A stretch of 35,575 bases of DNA. It comes from a virus (Duplodnaviria > Caudoviricetes). A program made the position numbers and the translations under genes. Positions 9,224 to 17,990 of this stretch are shown here, one piece after another. The notes beneath the pieces are model-generated. The model did not search any database. It worked only from the letters and a program-made list of their open reading frames with translations, and was not told the DNA's origin. The DNA lies in the IMG/VR virus record IMGVR_UViG_3300043414_000189, positions 1 through 35,575 of that record; one strand, given 5' to 3'. How positions within the stretch are numbered: the first letter of the stretch is position 1; each line of letters starts with the position of its first letter.

Positions 9224-9298
9224 ATTGTTAAGCTGATTGGGTGGGCGGGCAACATGTGCGCTAGCGGTCCGCAGTTTAGCGGTGTTTTGATCGCTTAA
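9224..9298 (+). CDS. Major capsid protein, exon 2 (IVKLIGWAGNMCASGPQFSGVLIA*); spliced product 333 aa
   Basis: In-frame join gives ...NQDA|IVKLIGWAGN..., a typical capsid C-terminal beta region. Confidence 0.85.
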   Translation: MVKLIGWAGNMCASGPQFSGVLIA

Positions 9299-9311
9299 AG
9301 GAGATATTGAA

Positions 9312-9860
9312 ATGGCTTATACTTTTGACGACAACAAAGCCGGCTTGCTTCAGATTGCGGTCATCGACACGGGCGTTACCAGCCCGAGTGGTGTCTCAAC
9401 TGGTAGCGCAGCCGTTATTCCAACCCCGCCTAATACGTTGGGTCAGGTCGAACGCGCTTTCGATCCGACCTATGGCGCCGGTGAATTCATCTTGTTGGTG
9501 GGCGTTGCTTCCACTACGGTTGGTTCGCTGGTCACCTACGACGGTACTACGTATCAGACGATTCTGTGCGCGACTACTAGCAACCAGGCTCGCCCGGTTG
9601 CGGTGGCAATGTCTGCTAATCTGGCCGGCACTTTCGGTTGGTATCAGATCGAAGGCACTGCGGTCTGCGCTAAATCCACTTCGTCAAACTTTGCGGCAAC
9701 CGTTGCGGTTGGCGTGAAATCGACCGGCAAAGTGGGCGCGACTGGTTCGGGTAAAGAAATACTCGGTGCACGCACTGCGAACGCTGCGACGGTTGCTTCT
9801 GCAACCACCACGGTGAACGTGGTGATGAACCGCCCGCATCTGCAAGGCCGTATCACCTAA
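9312..9860 (+). CDS. Putative capsid decoration/cement protein
   Basis: Follows the capsid gene; AAGGAG SD; T/S/A/V-rich; GWYQI.G motif. Confidence 0.6.
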   Translation: MAYTFDDNKAGLLQIAVIDTGVTSPSGVSTGSAAVIPTPPNTLGQVERAFDPTYGAGEFILLVGVASTTVGSLVTYDGTTYQTILCATTSNQARPVAVAMSANLAGTFGWYQIEGTAVCAKSTSSNFAATVAVGVKSTGKVGATGSGKEILGARTANAATVASATTTVNVVMNRPHLQGRIT

Positions 9861-9870
9861 AGAAAGGAGA

Positions 9871-9896
9871 GCAGGCCAGACGACAATCTGGCCTGC
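9871..9896 (+). promoter_or_regulatory. Perfect 10-bp hairpin between an SD and the start codon at 9903
   Basis: GCAGGCCAGA-cgacaa-TCTGGCCTGC, with no U tract. Confidence 0.6.
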
Positions 9897-9902
9897 AATC
9901 TT

Positions 9903-11204
9903 ATGGATATAGAAATCATTTGTAATACTAACGATGACGAATTATTTGCCAACGTTAAACTGAATTCTCGATCATGCGATCGCTGGATCGCCGAGGTTCC
10001 CGCGCACGATGGCCATGCTGTCATTGTTGGCGGTGGACCGTCTGTTGTTGACCAGCTTGACATGATCCGCAAACGGCACGCGCTAGGGCAAAAGATATTT
10101 GCTCTTAACGGCGCTGCCAAATTTTTAAACAAGAACAATATCGTGCCGGAATACCAGGTCATTCTTGACGCACGCCCCGGCAATATTGATTTAATCGGCA
10201 AAGCTGACGAGTATTTGATTTCTAGCCAGTGCCATCCTGCGCTGTTTGATGCCGTCGAAAACATTACCACTTGGCACCCAGCGGTTGATGGTTTGGACGC
10301 GCATTTGCCTGACTATGATGGCGAGTTTGCAATGGTCGGCGGCGGCACAACGGTTGGCCTGTCAACGATGTGCCTGGCTTACACAATGGGTTACCGAAAG
10401 CTGCATCTGTTTGGCTATGACTGCTCGCACCGCAATGCGATGGGTCACGCCTACAAACAGAAAATGAACGACAACGACGTTCTTTGCAAAGTGACGGTGA
10501 ATGGCAAAGTATTTACCAGCTCGCTGACAATGGCGCGGCAGGCCGAGCTGTTCCCGCAGGTTTGCAATAATCTGATGGATCTCGGGTGCGTAATCACAAT
10601 CGACGGTGACGGGCTAATTAAAGAGGTTGTAGCCGATATGCGCCGAAATGCCGTTCCAATGGCCGAGGACGAGAAATACCGGAAAATGTGGTCAATTCCG
10701 GCTTATCGTGACACCGCACCAGGCGAATTGATTGCCGAAACCTTTGTCAAGGTTGCCAATATCACAAAAGAGCAGAAAGTGGTGGATTTTGGTTGCGGAA
10801 CAGGCCGTGGAAGTAAGAAAATACACGAATTGACCGGCGCCACAATGCAGATGGTCGACTTCAGCAACAATTGCCTGGACTCGAATGTGACGTTTCCCCT
10901 GCTCATTGCCGATCTGACAAAGCCCATTGCCGCCACCGGTGATGTGGGCTATTGCACCGACGTGATGGAACATATCGCGCCCGAGAACGTCGACACCGTT
11001 ATCAAAAATATTATGGATTGCGTCGAATCGGCGTTTTTCCAGATCAGCCTTGTGCACGACAACATGGGTGCGTTGATCGGCCAGCACCTTCATTTGTCTG
11101 TTTTCCCCTATGCTTGGTGGTCAAATAAGTTTAAGGAATACCGCATTCTCTGGTCAGATCAAGATGCAATTAATGCAGTTTTTTATGTAAAAAAGGAGAT
11201 TTAA
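9903..11204 (+). CDS. MptE/DUF115 (Maf-like) domain fused to a class I SAM methyltransferase
   Basis: N-terminal IVGGGPS, ALNGA, GGTTVG, GYR.LHLFGYD; C-terminal VDFGCGTG and CTDVMEHI. Confidence 0.75.
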   Translation: MDIEIICNTNDDELFANVKLNSRSCDRWIAEVPAHDGHAVIVGGGPSVVDQLDMIRKRHALGQKIFALNGAAKFLNKNNIVPEYQVILDARPGNIDLIGKADEYLISSQCHPALFDAVENITTWHPAVDGLDAHLPDYDGEFAMVGGGTTVGLSTMCLAYTMGYRKLHLFGYDCSHRNAMGHAYKQKMNDNDVLCKVTVNGKVFTSSLTMARQAELFPQVCNNLMDLGCVITIDGDGLIKEVVADMRRNAVPMAEDEKYRKMWSIPAYRDTAPGELIAETFVKVANITKEQKVVDFGCGTGRGSKKIHELTGATMQMVDFSNNCLDSNVTFPLLIADLTKPIAATGDVGYCTDVMEHIAPENVDTVIKNIMDCVESAFFQISLVHDNMGALIGQHLHLSVFPYAWWSNKFKEYRILWSDQDAINAVFYVKKEI

Positions 11205-11206
11205 AA

Positions 11207-11566
11207 ATGGCTATTCCTTCACGCGTTTTGGCTTCAGGTAATTCACCGCTTTCCACAACCAGCATCTGCGGCGACGGCGCCACTGGCCTGGTTGCGGTTG
11301 GCAGCACGATTGCTGACGCGCTGCAACTGTCGGCGGTTTGGAACACGATCACTACCAGCTCGGCCAGCACCGGCGTTATTCTGCCGCCAACTGAAGCGGG
11401 CGCTATGATCGGCATCCGTAATGATTCCGGCCAAACGGTAACCGTTTACCCAAAATCAGGATCAACGATCAATGCTGGTGCTTCAACATTGTCTGTTGCA
11501 ACAGCGAAAACCGTTATCCTGTTTGCTACTAGCGCAACAACCTGGGCATCGGTTCTGACGGCATGA
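11207..11566 (+). CDS. Thr/Ser-rich virion protein, paralog 1
   Basis: MAIPSRVL...ICGDG..GL.A.GST.ADALQL...GV.LPPT..GA. Confidence 0.7.
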   Translation: MAIPSRVLASGNSPLSTTSICGDGATGLVAVGSTIADALQLSAVWNTITTSSASTGVILPPTEAGAMIGIRNDSGQTVTVYPKSGSTINAGASTLSVATAKTVILFATSATTWASVLTA

Positions 11567-11928
11567 CAATACCCTCGCGGGTTCTTGGGGCCGGTGCGTC
11601 ATCATTAATGACTGTTGCCATTTGTGGCGACGGCGTGGATGGTTTGACTGCAACTGGGTCCACCCGCGCTGATGCGTTGCAACTGACAAAGATTTACAAC
11701 TCGGTTGATACGGCAACTGCTGGCACTGGTGTAAAACTGCCGCCCACACAAATGGGCGCAACGATTTACATTGCCAATTCAGGCGCCAGCACAATCAAAG
11801 TTTATCCGTACGAAGCCGCTACAACGGTTAATCAGACTACATCGGCATCCATTCCGAAAGATCACACAAGCATACTGTTTGCGGTGACCAATGCCATGTG
11901 GTACAGCATCAACGGCACTAAAACTTAA
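11563..11928 (+). CDS. Thr/Ser-rich virion protein, paralog 2
   Basis: MTIPSRVL...ICGDG..GL.A.GST.ADALQL...GV.LPPT..GA; colinear with 11207-11566. Confidence 0.7.
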   Translation: MTIPSRVLGAGASSLMTVAICGDGVDGLTATGSTRADALQLTKIYNSVDTATAGTGVKLPPTQMGATIYIANSGASTIKVYPYEAATTVNQTTSASIPKDHTSILFAVTNAMWYSINGTKT

Positions 11929-11948
11929 TCCCCACAGGAGAAATCAAA

Positions 11949-12485
11949 ATGGCTTTAGATAGCGACATTCACAACGCAGATTCGCACCTTCACGTTGAAT
12001 TTTATTTAAACGAGGACGGCGAATTTAAGGCAAACCCGAAAGAGTTTGTGCGGATCATTGTGCCGGGTGACAAAACCAATGTCGTTGACCAGCCTGTGCG
12101 GGAGGATCACAAAGAGCGTTTTCCTCGTCAATATCTGTATTGGAAAATGCAGAACACCGATTCTTCTGTAATCGGCACGCCGCTGTTGCAATGGAATACT
12201 GATGATCCTGAAAAATTTAACGGCCACCAAATGGCCGAACTGCAAATACTTAAATTCCAAACCGTTGAGCAGCTTGCGACCGCTACGGATTCGCAATTGC
12301 AACGTGTAGGCATGGGGGCAACCGGCCTGCGCGAGAAAGCGCGACTGTATCTGACGAACAAGAATAAATCGCAAAGCGACACTGAGCTTGAAGAAACCCG
12401 CGCCCAGCTCAAACAATTGCAGGAACAAATGGCGATGCTGATGGAAACCCGCAAGCCTGGGCGACCGCGCAAAGAGGCCGAATAG
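11949..12485 (+). CDS. Conserved phage hypothetical protein
   Basis: 178 aa; TVEQLA...D..LQ..GMG (HhH-like); C-terminal coiled coil and KPGRPRK. Confidence 0.7.
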   Translation: MALDSDIHNADSHLHVEFYLNEDGEFKANPKEFVRIIVPGDKTNVVDQPVREDHKERFPRQYLYWKMQNTDSSVIGTPLLQWNTDDPEKFNGHQMAELQILKFQTVEQLATATDSQLQRVGMGATGLREKARLYLTNKNKSQSDTELEETRAQLKQLQEQMAMLMETRKPGRPRKEAE

Positions 12486-12497
12486 AAAGGTTGAATT

Positions 12498-13406
12498 ATG
12501 TCGAGCACGATGTTGCAACTGGTGCAGCAGGTCACGAACGAACTCGGCGTTTCGACGCCGACATATGTCGCTGGCAACACGAATCAGGACGTTACGCAGA
12601 TTCTGGCGCTAATGAACGCGACCGGCTACGAGCTGCTGCGCCGGCACAACTGGCGTGCGATGACAAAACAGTATGGTTTTTACACGCAATATCTGACCAC
12701 AACCGGCACCTGGACAACCGCGGCACGCACAATTACTGGAATTCCCAGCACCACCGGGTTAGATACTACTTACCAAGTGCAAGGCACCGGCATCAATCAA
12801 AACACCTATATTGAATCGGTTGATTCTGGAACGCAGGTTACGGTTAATCAAGACTTTGCCGCCGCTGGCACTGCTGCAACTGCTTATTTCCAGAAGATCC
12901 GCTACGATCTGCCTAGTGACTACGAAGCACTTGTGCCGCGCACAATGTGGGATAAATCCAAGCATTGGGAAATGTTGGGGCCAGAAGATGCACAGCAATG
13001 GGAATGGTTGCTTTCAGGCTATATCAGCACCGGACCGCGAATTCGGTGGCGCCTGTTGGGTAAGTATTTCCAGATTTGGCCTGGAACGTCTACCGCAGAA
13101 AGCCTCGGGCTTGAGTATCGCAGCAACGGTTGGGCAGAATCAGCAACCGGCACTGTCAAAACCAGCTTTACGGTCGACACCGACACCACGGTCTATCCTG
13201 ATCGCCTGATGGTGCTCTCGACAAAACTCAAATACTTTGAGGCCAAAGGTTTTGATACCACCGCAATGTATCGAAACTATATTGAGGAACTTGAAGTTTC
13301 GATGGCTCTTGATATGTCGAGTGCTAATCTGAGTTTTGCGCCGCGCCCCGGCACCGTGTTGATCGGATACGACAACATACCGGACAGTGGCTATGGCCCA
13401 AACTAG
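12498..13406 (+). CDS. Head-tail adaptor / tail tubular protein A-like
   Basis: Position; N-terminal TMLQLVQQV..ELG; YDLPSDY motif. Confidence 0.6.
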   Translation: MSSTMLQLVQQVTNELGVSTPTYVAGNTNQDVTQILALMNATGYELLRRHNWRAMTKQYGFYTQYLTTTGTWTTAARTITGIPSTTGLDTTYQVQGTGINQNTYIESVDSGTQVTVNQDFAAAGTAATAYFQKIRYDLPSDYEALVPRTMWDKSKHWEMLGPEDAQQWEWLLSGYISTGPRIRWRLLGKYFQIWPGTSTAESLGLEYRSNGWAESATGTVKTSFTVDTDTTVYPDRLMVLSTKLKYFEAKGFDTTAMYRNYIEELEVSMALDMSSANLSFAPRPGTVLIGYDNIPDSGYGPN

Positions 13407-14958
13407 AGCACTGGTTCAGCGTACTGCAGCCCGCGTGGCGTCAATTCCGGCGCCGGTGGGCGGCTGGAATGCCCGCGACTCCATCGCCAACATGGAACCG
13501 TTAGATGCTGTTCAATTAATTAATTTCTTTCCGACGATCAGCAATTGCGTGCTGCGTGGTGGATCTACAAACTGGGCGACCGGCATGACCGGCCAGGTGC
13601 AGACGATCATGGTCTACAACGGCGGCACCAGCAGCAAGATGTTTGCCGCGGTCGGCACGCCGGACCTTAAATTCTACGATGCCAGCACCGCTGGCGTTGC
13701 AACAGCAACTAGCGTTACCGGCCTGACCAATGCAATTTGGGAATACATCAACATCACGACGGCCGGCGGCACCTATTTATATGCTGTCAACGGCGTTGAC
13801 AAGCCGCGGCTTTATGATGGCACCAACTGGACCGCCATTGATGCCGCTTCGACGCCAGCCATTACCGGCGTTACGACAACAACGCTATCGAACGTAACGC
13901 TGTTTAAGAATCGTCTGTGGTTTATCCAAAAGAACACGCTCAAGGCGTGGTATTTACCGACAAGTGCAGTCGGCGGCGCCGCACAAGTTCTGGATCTGTC
14001 GGCCATTGCCAAATTTGGCGGGAACCTGGTAGATCTGGACACCTGGACCATTGATGCAGGTTATGGGGTCGATGACAACCTGGTATTCGTCACCAGTAAC
14101 GGCGAGGTTATTGTCTACCGAGGAACCGATCCATCCAGCGATGCCACTTGGGCGCTGGCCGGTGTTTGGAAACTGGGATCACCGATCGGCAACCGATCCA
14201 TGTTGAAGTGGGGCGGCGATCTGTTGATCCTGACGTATGACGGCCTGATGCCGATGGCGCAAAGCCTGCAATCTTCCCGACTAGATCCTCGAGTGGCGCT
14301 GTCAAACAAGATTCAAGGGGCCATCACGGCAGCGACAGCGGCCTACAGCAGCTCTACGGTAGGGTGGCAGGTCTATTACAACGCTCGCAGAAATGCCGTG
14401 TGGATCAATGTTCCGGTTGCAGTAGGTCAGCAAGAACAGTACGTAATGAACACTATTACGACAAGCTGGGCGCAGTTTCAAGGCTGGGCGGCTAACGTCT
14501 GGGAAACCTACAACGATAATCCGTATTACGGCGGCAACGGCGTGGTGGTTAGGGCGTGGGATGACACCTATGTCGATAACACATCCAATATAACAACAAA
14601 TGCTTTTCAAGCATTTAATTATTTTGAAAGCCGCGGCGTTAAAAAATACTTTACCCGGGCGCGACCGAGCATTTTTACTAATGGCTCGCCAGCTATATTT
14701 GTCGGCATAAATGTGGATTTTGACGTTGACGATACCGCAGCACCTCTTTCTTTATCGTCATCGTCTGTTGGTCTGTGGGATGCAGGAACGTGGGATTCTG
14801 CGTTTTGGGGATCTGGCTTAGAGATTACAAATAATTGGCAAGGCGTTACAGGGCTAGGTTATTGTGGATCTATTCAGCTTAAAAGCGCCAGCAGCGGGCT
14901 TCAAATTGAATGGGCATCGACAGACGTAGTATTCCAGGCCGGATGGGCAGGCATATAG
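13393..14958 (+). CDS. Tail nozzle / packaged-DNA stabilization protein (tubular B or P22 gp10-like)
   Basis: PAPVGGWNARD start; beta-propeller-like composition; FKNRLWF motif. Confidence 0.65.
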   Translation: MAQTRALVQRTAARVASIPAPVGGWNARDSIANMEPLDAVQLINFFPTISNCVLRGGSTNWATGMTGQVQTIMVYNGGTSSKMFAAVGTPDLKFYDASTAGVATATSVTGLTNAIWEYINITTAGGTYLYAVNGVDKPRLYDGTNWTAIDAASTPAITGVTTTTLSNVTLFKNRLWFIQKNTLKAWYLPTSAVGGAAQVLDLSAIAKFGGNLVDLDTWTIDAGYGVDDNLVFVTSNGEVIVYRGTDPSSDATWALAGVWKLGSPIGNRSMLKWGGDLLILTYDGLMPMAQSLQSSRLDPRVALSNKIQGAITAATAAYSSSTVGWQVYYNARRNAVWINVPVAVGQQEQYVMNTITTSWAQFQGWAANVWETYNDNPYYGGNGVVVRAWDDTYVDNTSNITTNAFQAFNYFESRGVKKYFTRARPSIFTNGSPAIFVGINVDFDVDDTAAPLSLSSSSVGLWDAGTWDSAFWGSGLEITNNWQGVTGLGYCGSIQLKSASSGLQIEWASTDVVFQAGWAGI

Positions 14959-15374
14959 TATCGGGGCCGGAGGTCGGCCGGTGGGTTGCACAGCGCGTTG
15001 ACGGTGGTTTCTTTGAGGGCAGGGCAACGGCAATAGGATTAAAACGAGATGATGAAATTATTGCAGGTGTCATTTATGAGAACTGGAACCACAAAAGCAT
15101 TTGGTGCCATTTCAGCATTGAGGGGCAACTGACACCGGCTTATTTGGCAGCAATATTTGATTATCCGTATAACATCTGCCAGGTCGAAAAGATCATTGTG
15201 CCGGTCGGCAGCGACAACGAACAAAGCGCAAAAGTGGTGACGAATATGGGATTTACAGAAGAAGGCAGGATCAAAGAAGGGCGCCCAGCGGGCGACATTG
15301 TGTTTTATACGCTGCGCCGTGATGACTGCCGGTTTTTAAACGAACGCTACAGCAAAAGGATAAATCATGGGTAA
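14943..15374 (+). CDS. GNAT-family acetyltransferase-like protein
   Basis: N.QSAKVVTNMGFTEEGR motif; located just before the ejection proteins. Confidence 0.7.
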   Translation: MGRHIVSGPEVGRWVAQRVDGGFFEGRATAIGLKRDDEIIAGVIYENWNHKSIWCHFSIEGQLTPAYLAAIFDYPYNICQVEKIIVPVGSDNEQSAKVVTNMGFTEEGRIKEGRPAGDIVFYTLRRDDCRFLNERYSKRINHG

Positions 15375-17301
15375 ATCGTCACCATCAGCACCGCCGCCAC
15401 CGGATTACGCAGGCGCCGCTGTCGCACAGGGTGCAGCAAACGAAGCCACTGCTCGATTACAAGGCCGGATGAGCAATCCAAATGTGATTGGTCCGTTGGG
15501 CAGCCAGACGGTGACTTTTGGTAATAATGATCAGCCGACCGTAACGCAAACACTGACACCGGCCGCACAGTCCACCCTGGACGCACAGCAGCGCGTACAG
15601 CGGGCTTTGGCAGGGCTAGGTGAGCAAGGTATCGGAACGGCCAGTAACGTGCTGGGGAACGCGTTTAATCCAAACCTTGCGGGCTTGCAGACCAATATCG
15701 GCAATGCTGGGCAAATCCCGCAAACACCGGATCTTGGTAGATATGGCCGAGCCACCGGAAATCTTGGTAATGATAATTTGGAAAACCCAGAAATTACAGC
15801 TAAATTTGCTGCGCTCAGAGCTGCTGGAATGGGTCCACAACCATCTAATCAGGCTAGCGGAAATCTTAGTGGTGATGATATTGCTGGTGCCACAACTGAT
15901 ATGACAAGAGGCAAAAACACACCGCCTCCATCTACCGGGTATGCAGACGGACCTTTGCGGGCGCCAGAACTTAGCGCGTATGGCATGGCAGGATCTAACG
16001 TCAACGCGCAGCCGGTGAACGCCGGACCGCAAAGCGGTCAGTATGGGATGGCAGGTGCAGGCCCACAGGCTGGACAATATGGATTTGCGGGCGGTGGTCC
16101 TGGCGGTGGGCAATACGGGCTGGCAGGTGCAAATGTGCAAGCTGGTGCAATCAATCAAGGACCGCAAACAAACCAATATGGGCTTGCCAGTGGTGCTTTG
16201 AACACCAGCAACATAGCAGCAATGCCGGTGAACGCAGGTATGACCGGCCAGCAGGCAATTATGAACCGCTTGGCGCCACAGCTTGAAAGAGCAGATGCAT
16301 CAACGCGGCAACGATTAATTAATCAAGGTTTGGTGCCGGGTGGCGAGGCGTACGAAAACGCCATGATTTCCCAAAACCAGCAAAAGAACGATCTGCTCTC
16401 GCAGGCGGCGTTGCAGGGCATTGGCTTGGACACTGCGGCAAACGCGCAGGGATTTGGCCAGGCGTTGCAAGCGGGGCAATATGGCAATCAAGCGGTAGCG
16501 CAAAACTTCAGCCAAGCGCAGGCCGCACAAGCCGCACAAAATGCCGCTCAGCAGCAAGGATACGCACAACAATTCGGGTTGGCTGGATTACAAAATCAAG
16601 CCGTTGGCCAGAACTTTGGTCAAGGCGTTACTGCACAACAATTGCAGAATGCTGGGATTGGGCAGAATTTTGCTCAAGGTCAAGCCGCAAACGCTGCTGG
16701 AAATCAAGCGGTGGGGCAGAATTTCGGTCAAGGACTGGCCGCACAGCAAGCGCAGAATGCCGCCTCGCAACAGCTCTACAATCAATATATGGGTGTGCAG
16801 GGATTGCAGAATCAAGCTGTTAATCAGAATCAACAGGCGGCATTGGCTCAATATCAAGCGCAGCTCGGTGGTCAGCAGCAAGGTTTTGGACAAAATGTCA
16901 CGCAGCGGCAGCTTGGCAATCAAGCCATTGCACAAAACCAACAAGCCGCATTGCAACAGCAGCAAGCCGCACTGGCCGCGCAGAATCAGCAATACAACCA
17001 GCTTTTGCAAGGCGCACAGTTTGGCAATACTGCCCAACAGCAAAGTTTGGCGCAGCAGCTCGCGTTGCGGAATCAACCGCTGAACGAGATCGCCGGTCTG
17101 ATGGCTGGCTCGCAGATCCAGATGCCGCAGTTTCAGGGCTATCAAGGGTCAAACATTGCGCCGGCACCAATCTTTGCAGGGGCGCAGGCGGCAGGGCAGT
17201 CTGCGATGGACCAATACGGCATCGCATCGTCAAACGTCAACGCGCAGAATGCCGGGCTTTATAACTTGGCAGGCACCGCAGGCATGGCGGTTGCGCTCTA
17301 A
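15367..17301 (+). CDS. Internal virion / DNA ejection protein, Q/G/N-rich
   Basis: MGKSSPSAPPPPDY start; repeats of GPQ.GQYG.AG and NQAVGQNFGQG. Confidence 0.7.
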   Translation: MGKSSPSAPPPPDYAGAAVAQGAANEATARLQGRMSNPNVIGPLGSQTVTFGNNDQPTVTQTLTPAAQSTLDAQQRVQRALAGLGEQGIGTASNVLGNAFNPNLAGLQTNIGNAGQIPQTPDLGRYGRATGNLGNDNLENPEITAKFAALRAAGMGPQPSNQASGNLSGDDIAGATTDMTRGKNTPPPSTGYADGPLRAPELSAYGMAGSNVNAQPVNAGPQSGQYGMAGAGPQAGQYGFAGGGPGGGQYGLAGANVQAGAINQGPQTNQYGLASGALNTSNIAAMPVNAGMTGQQAIMNRLAPQLERADASTRQRLINQGLVPGGEAYENAMISQNQQKNDLLSQAALQGIGLDTAANAQGFGQALQAGQYGNQAVAQNFSQAQAAQAAQNAAQQQGYAQQFGLAGLQNQAVGQNFGQGVTAQQLQNAGIGQNFAQGQAANAAGNQAVGQNFGQGLAAQQAQNAASQQLYNQYMGVQGLQNQAVNQNQQAALAQYQAQLGGQQQGFGQNVTQRQLGNQAIAQNQQAALQQQQAALAAQNQQYNQLLQGAQFGNTAQQQSLAQQLALRNQPLNEIAGLMAGSQIQMPQFQGYQGSNIAPAPIFAGAQAAGQSAMDQYGIASSNVNAQNAGLYNLAGTAGMAVAL

Positions 17302-17990
17302 TGCTTGGACTTGCTTTTTCTGGTGGTAAGGATTCTCTGGCTTGCTGGTATTTATCCAAGCATCTAAATCCTGTTGTTTTGTGGGTAAATACTGGCACAG
17401 GCTATCCAGAGACATTAGAAATTGTAAATGAAATAAAAAGCCAAGCATTTCAATTTGTAAAAATTAATTCTGATAAGCAAAAGCAAAATAATGAATGGGG
17501 TTTGCCATCGGATATTGTGCCAATTCATTTCACAAATACTGGAATGCAAATTAGTGGCATCAAACCCATAAAAGTGCAAAGTTATTTAGGATGTTGTTAC
17601 GAAAACATAGCAAATCCGTTGATGCAAAAATGCAAAGAAATGGGCATTACTGAATTGATCAGAGGACAACGATTAGACGAAAGTTATAAATCGCTTGCAG
17701 TTAATGGCTCAATGGTTGATGGCATTAAGTTTTTGCAGCCCATTGAAACGTGGAAAAAACAACAAGTTTTAGATTATTTGCTAGACCAGCGCGGCAGTTT
17801 GCCAGAACATTATTCGATAGATCATTCAAGCCTTGATTGCTATGATTGCACTGCGTTTTTAGAGCATTCAGCAGATCGGATTGCGTGGACAAAACAGCGT
17901 CATCCTGACCTTTACGAAATATATTCTAAAAAAATGGACGCACTGAAAATGACCTTAAAACCCAGTCTAAATGCAATGGGGATGATATGA
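17301..17990 (+). CDS. PAPS reductase-family (PP-loop) protein
   Basis: AFSGGKDS PP-loop, NTG..YPE, CC, RGQR..E, SSLDC..CT; AT-rich relative to its neighbours. Confidence 0.8.
   Translation: MLGLAFSGGKDSLACWYLSKHLNPVVLWVNTGTGYPETLEIVNEIKSQAFQFVKINSDKQKQNNEWGLPSDIVPIHFTNTGMQISGIKPIKVQSYLGCCYENIANPLMQKCKEMGITELIRGQRLDESYKSLAVNGSMVDGIKFLQPIETWKKQQVLDYLLDQRGSLPEHYSIDHSSLDCYDCTAFLEHSADRIAWTKQRHPDLYEIYSKKMDALKMTLKPSLNAMGMI

Noticed and set aside
9086-9298. 70-aa ORF, or an ATG at 9221, as an independent gene
   Set aside because: Its 5' part is the intron's structured core with no SD. The G of the ATG is the intron's terminal G, and the remainder is capsid exon 2.
9871-9896. Rho-independent terminator after the decoration gene
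   Set aside because: No U-tract follows the stem, and the geometry fits SD-to-start bridging better, although partial termination is not excluded
17301-17990. Dnd phosphorothioation or 7-deazaguanine modification system
   Set aside because: No dndA/B/D/E, dpdA, folE or queD-like partner genes recognised
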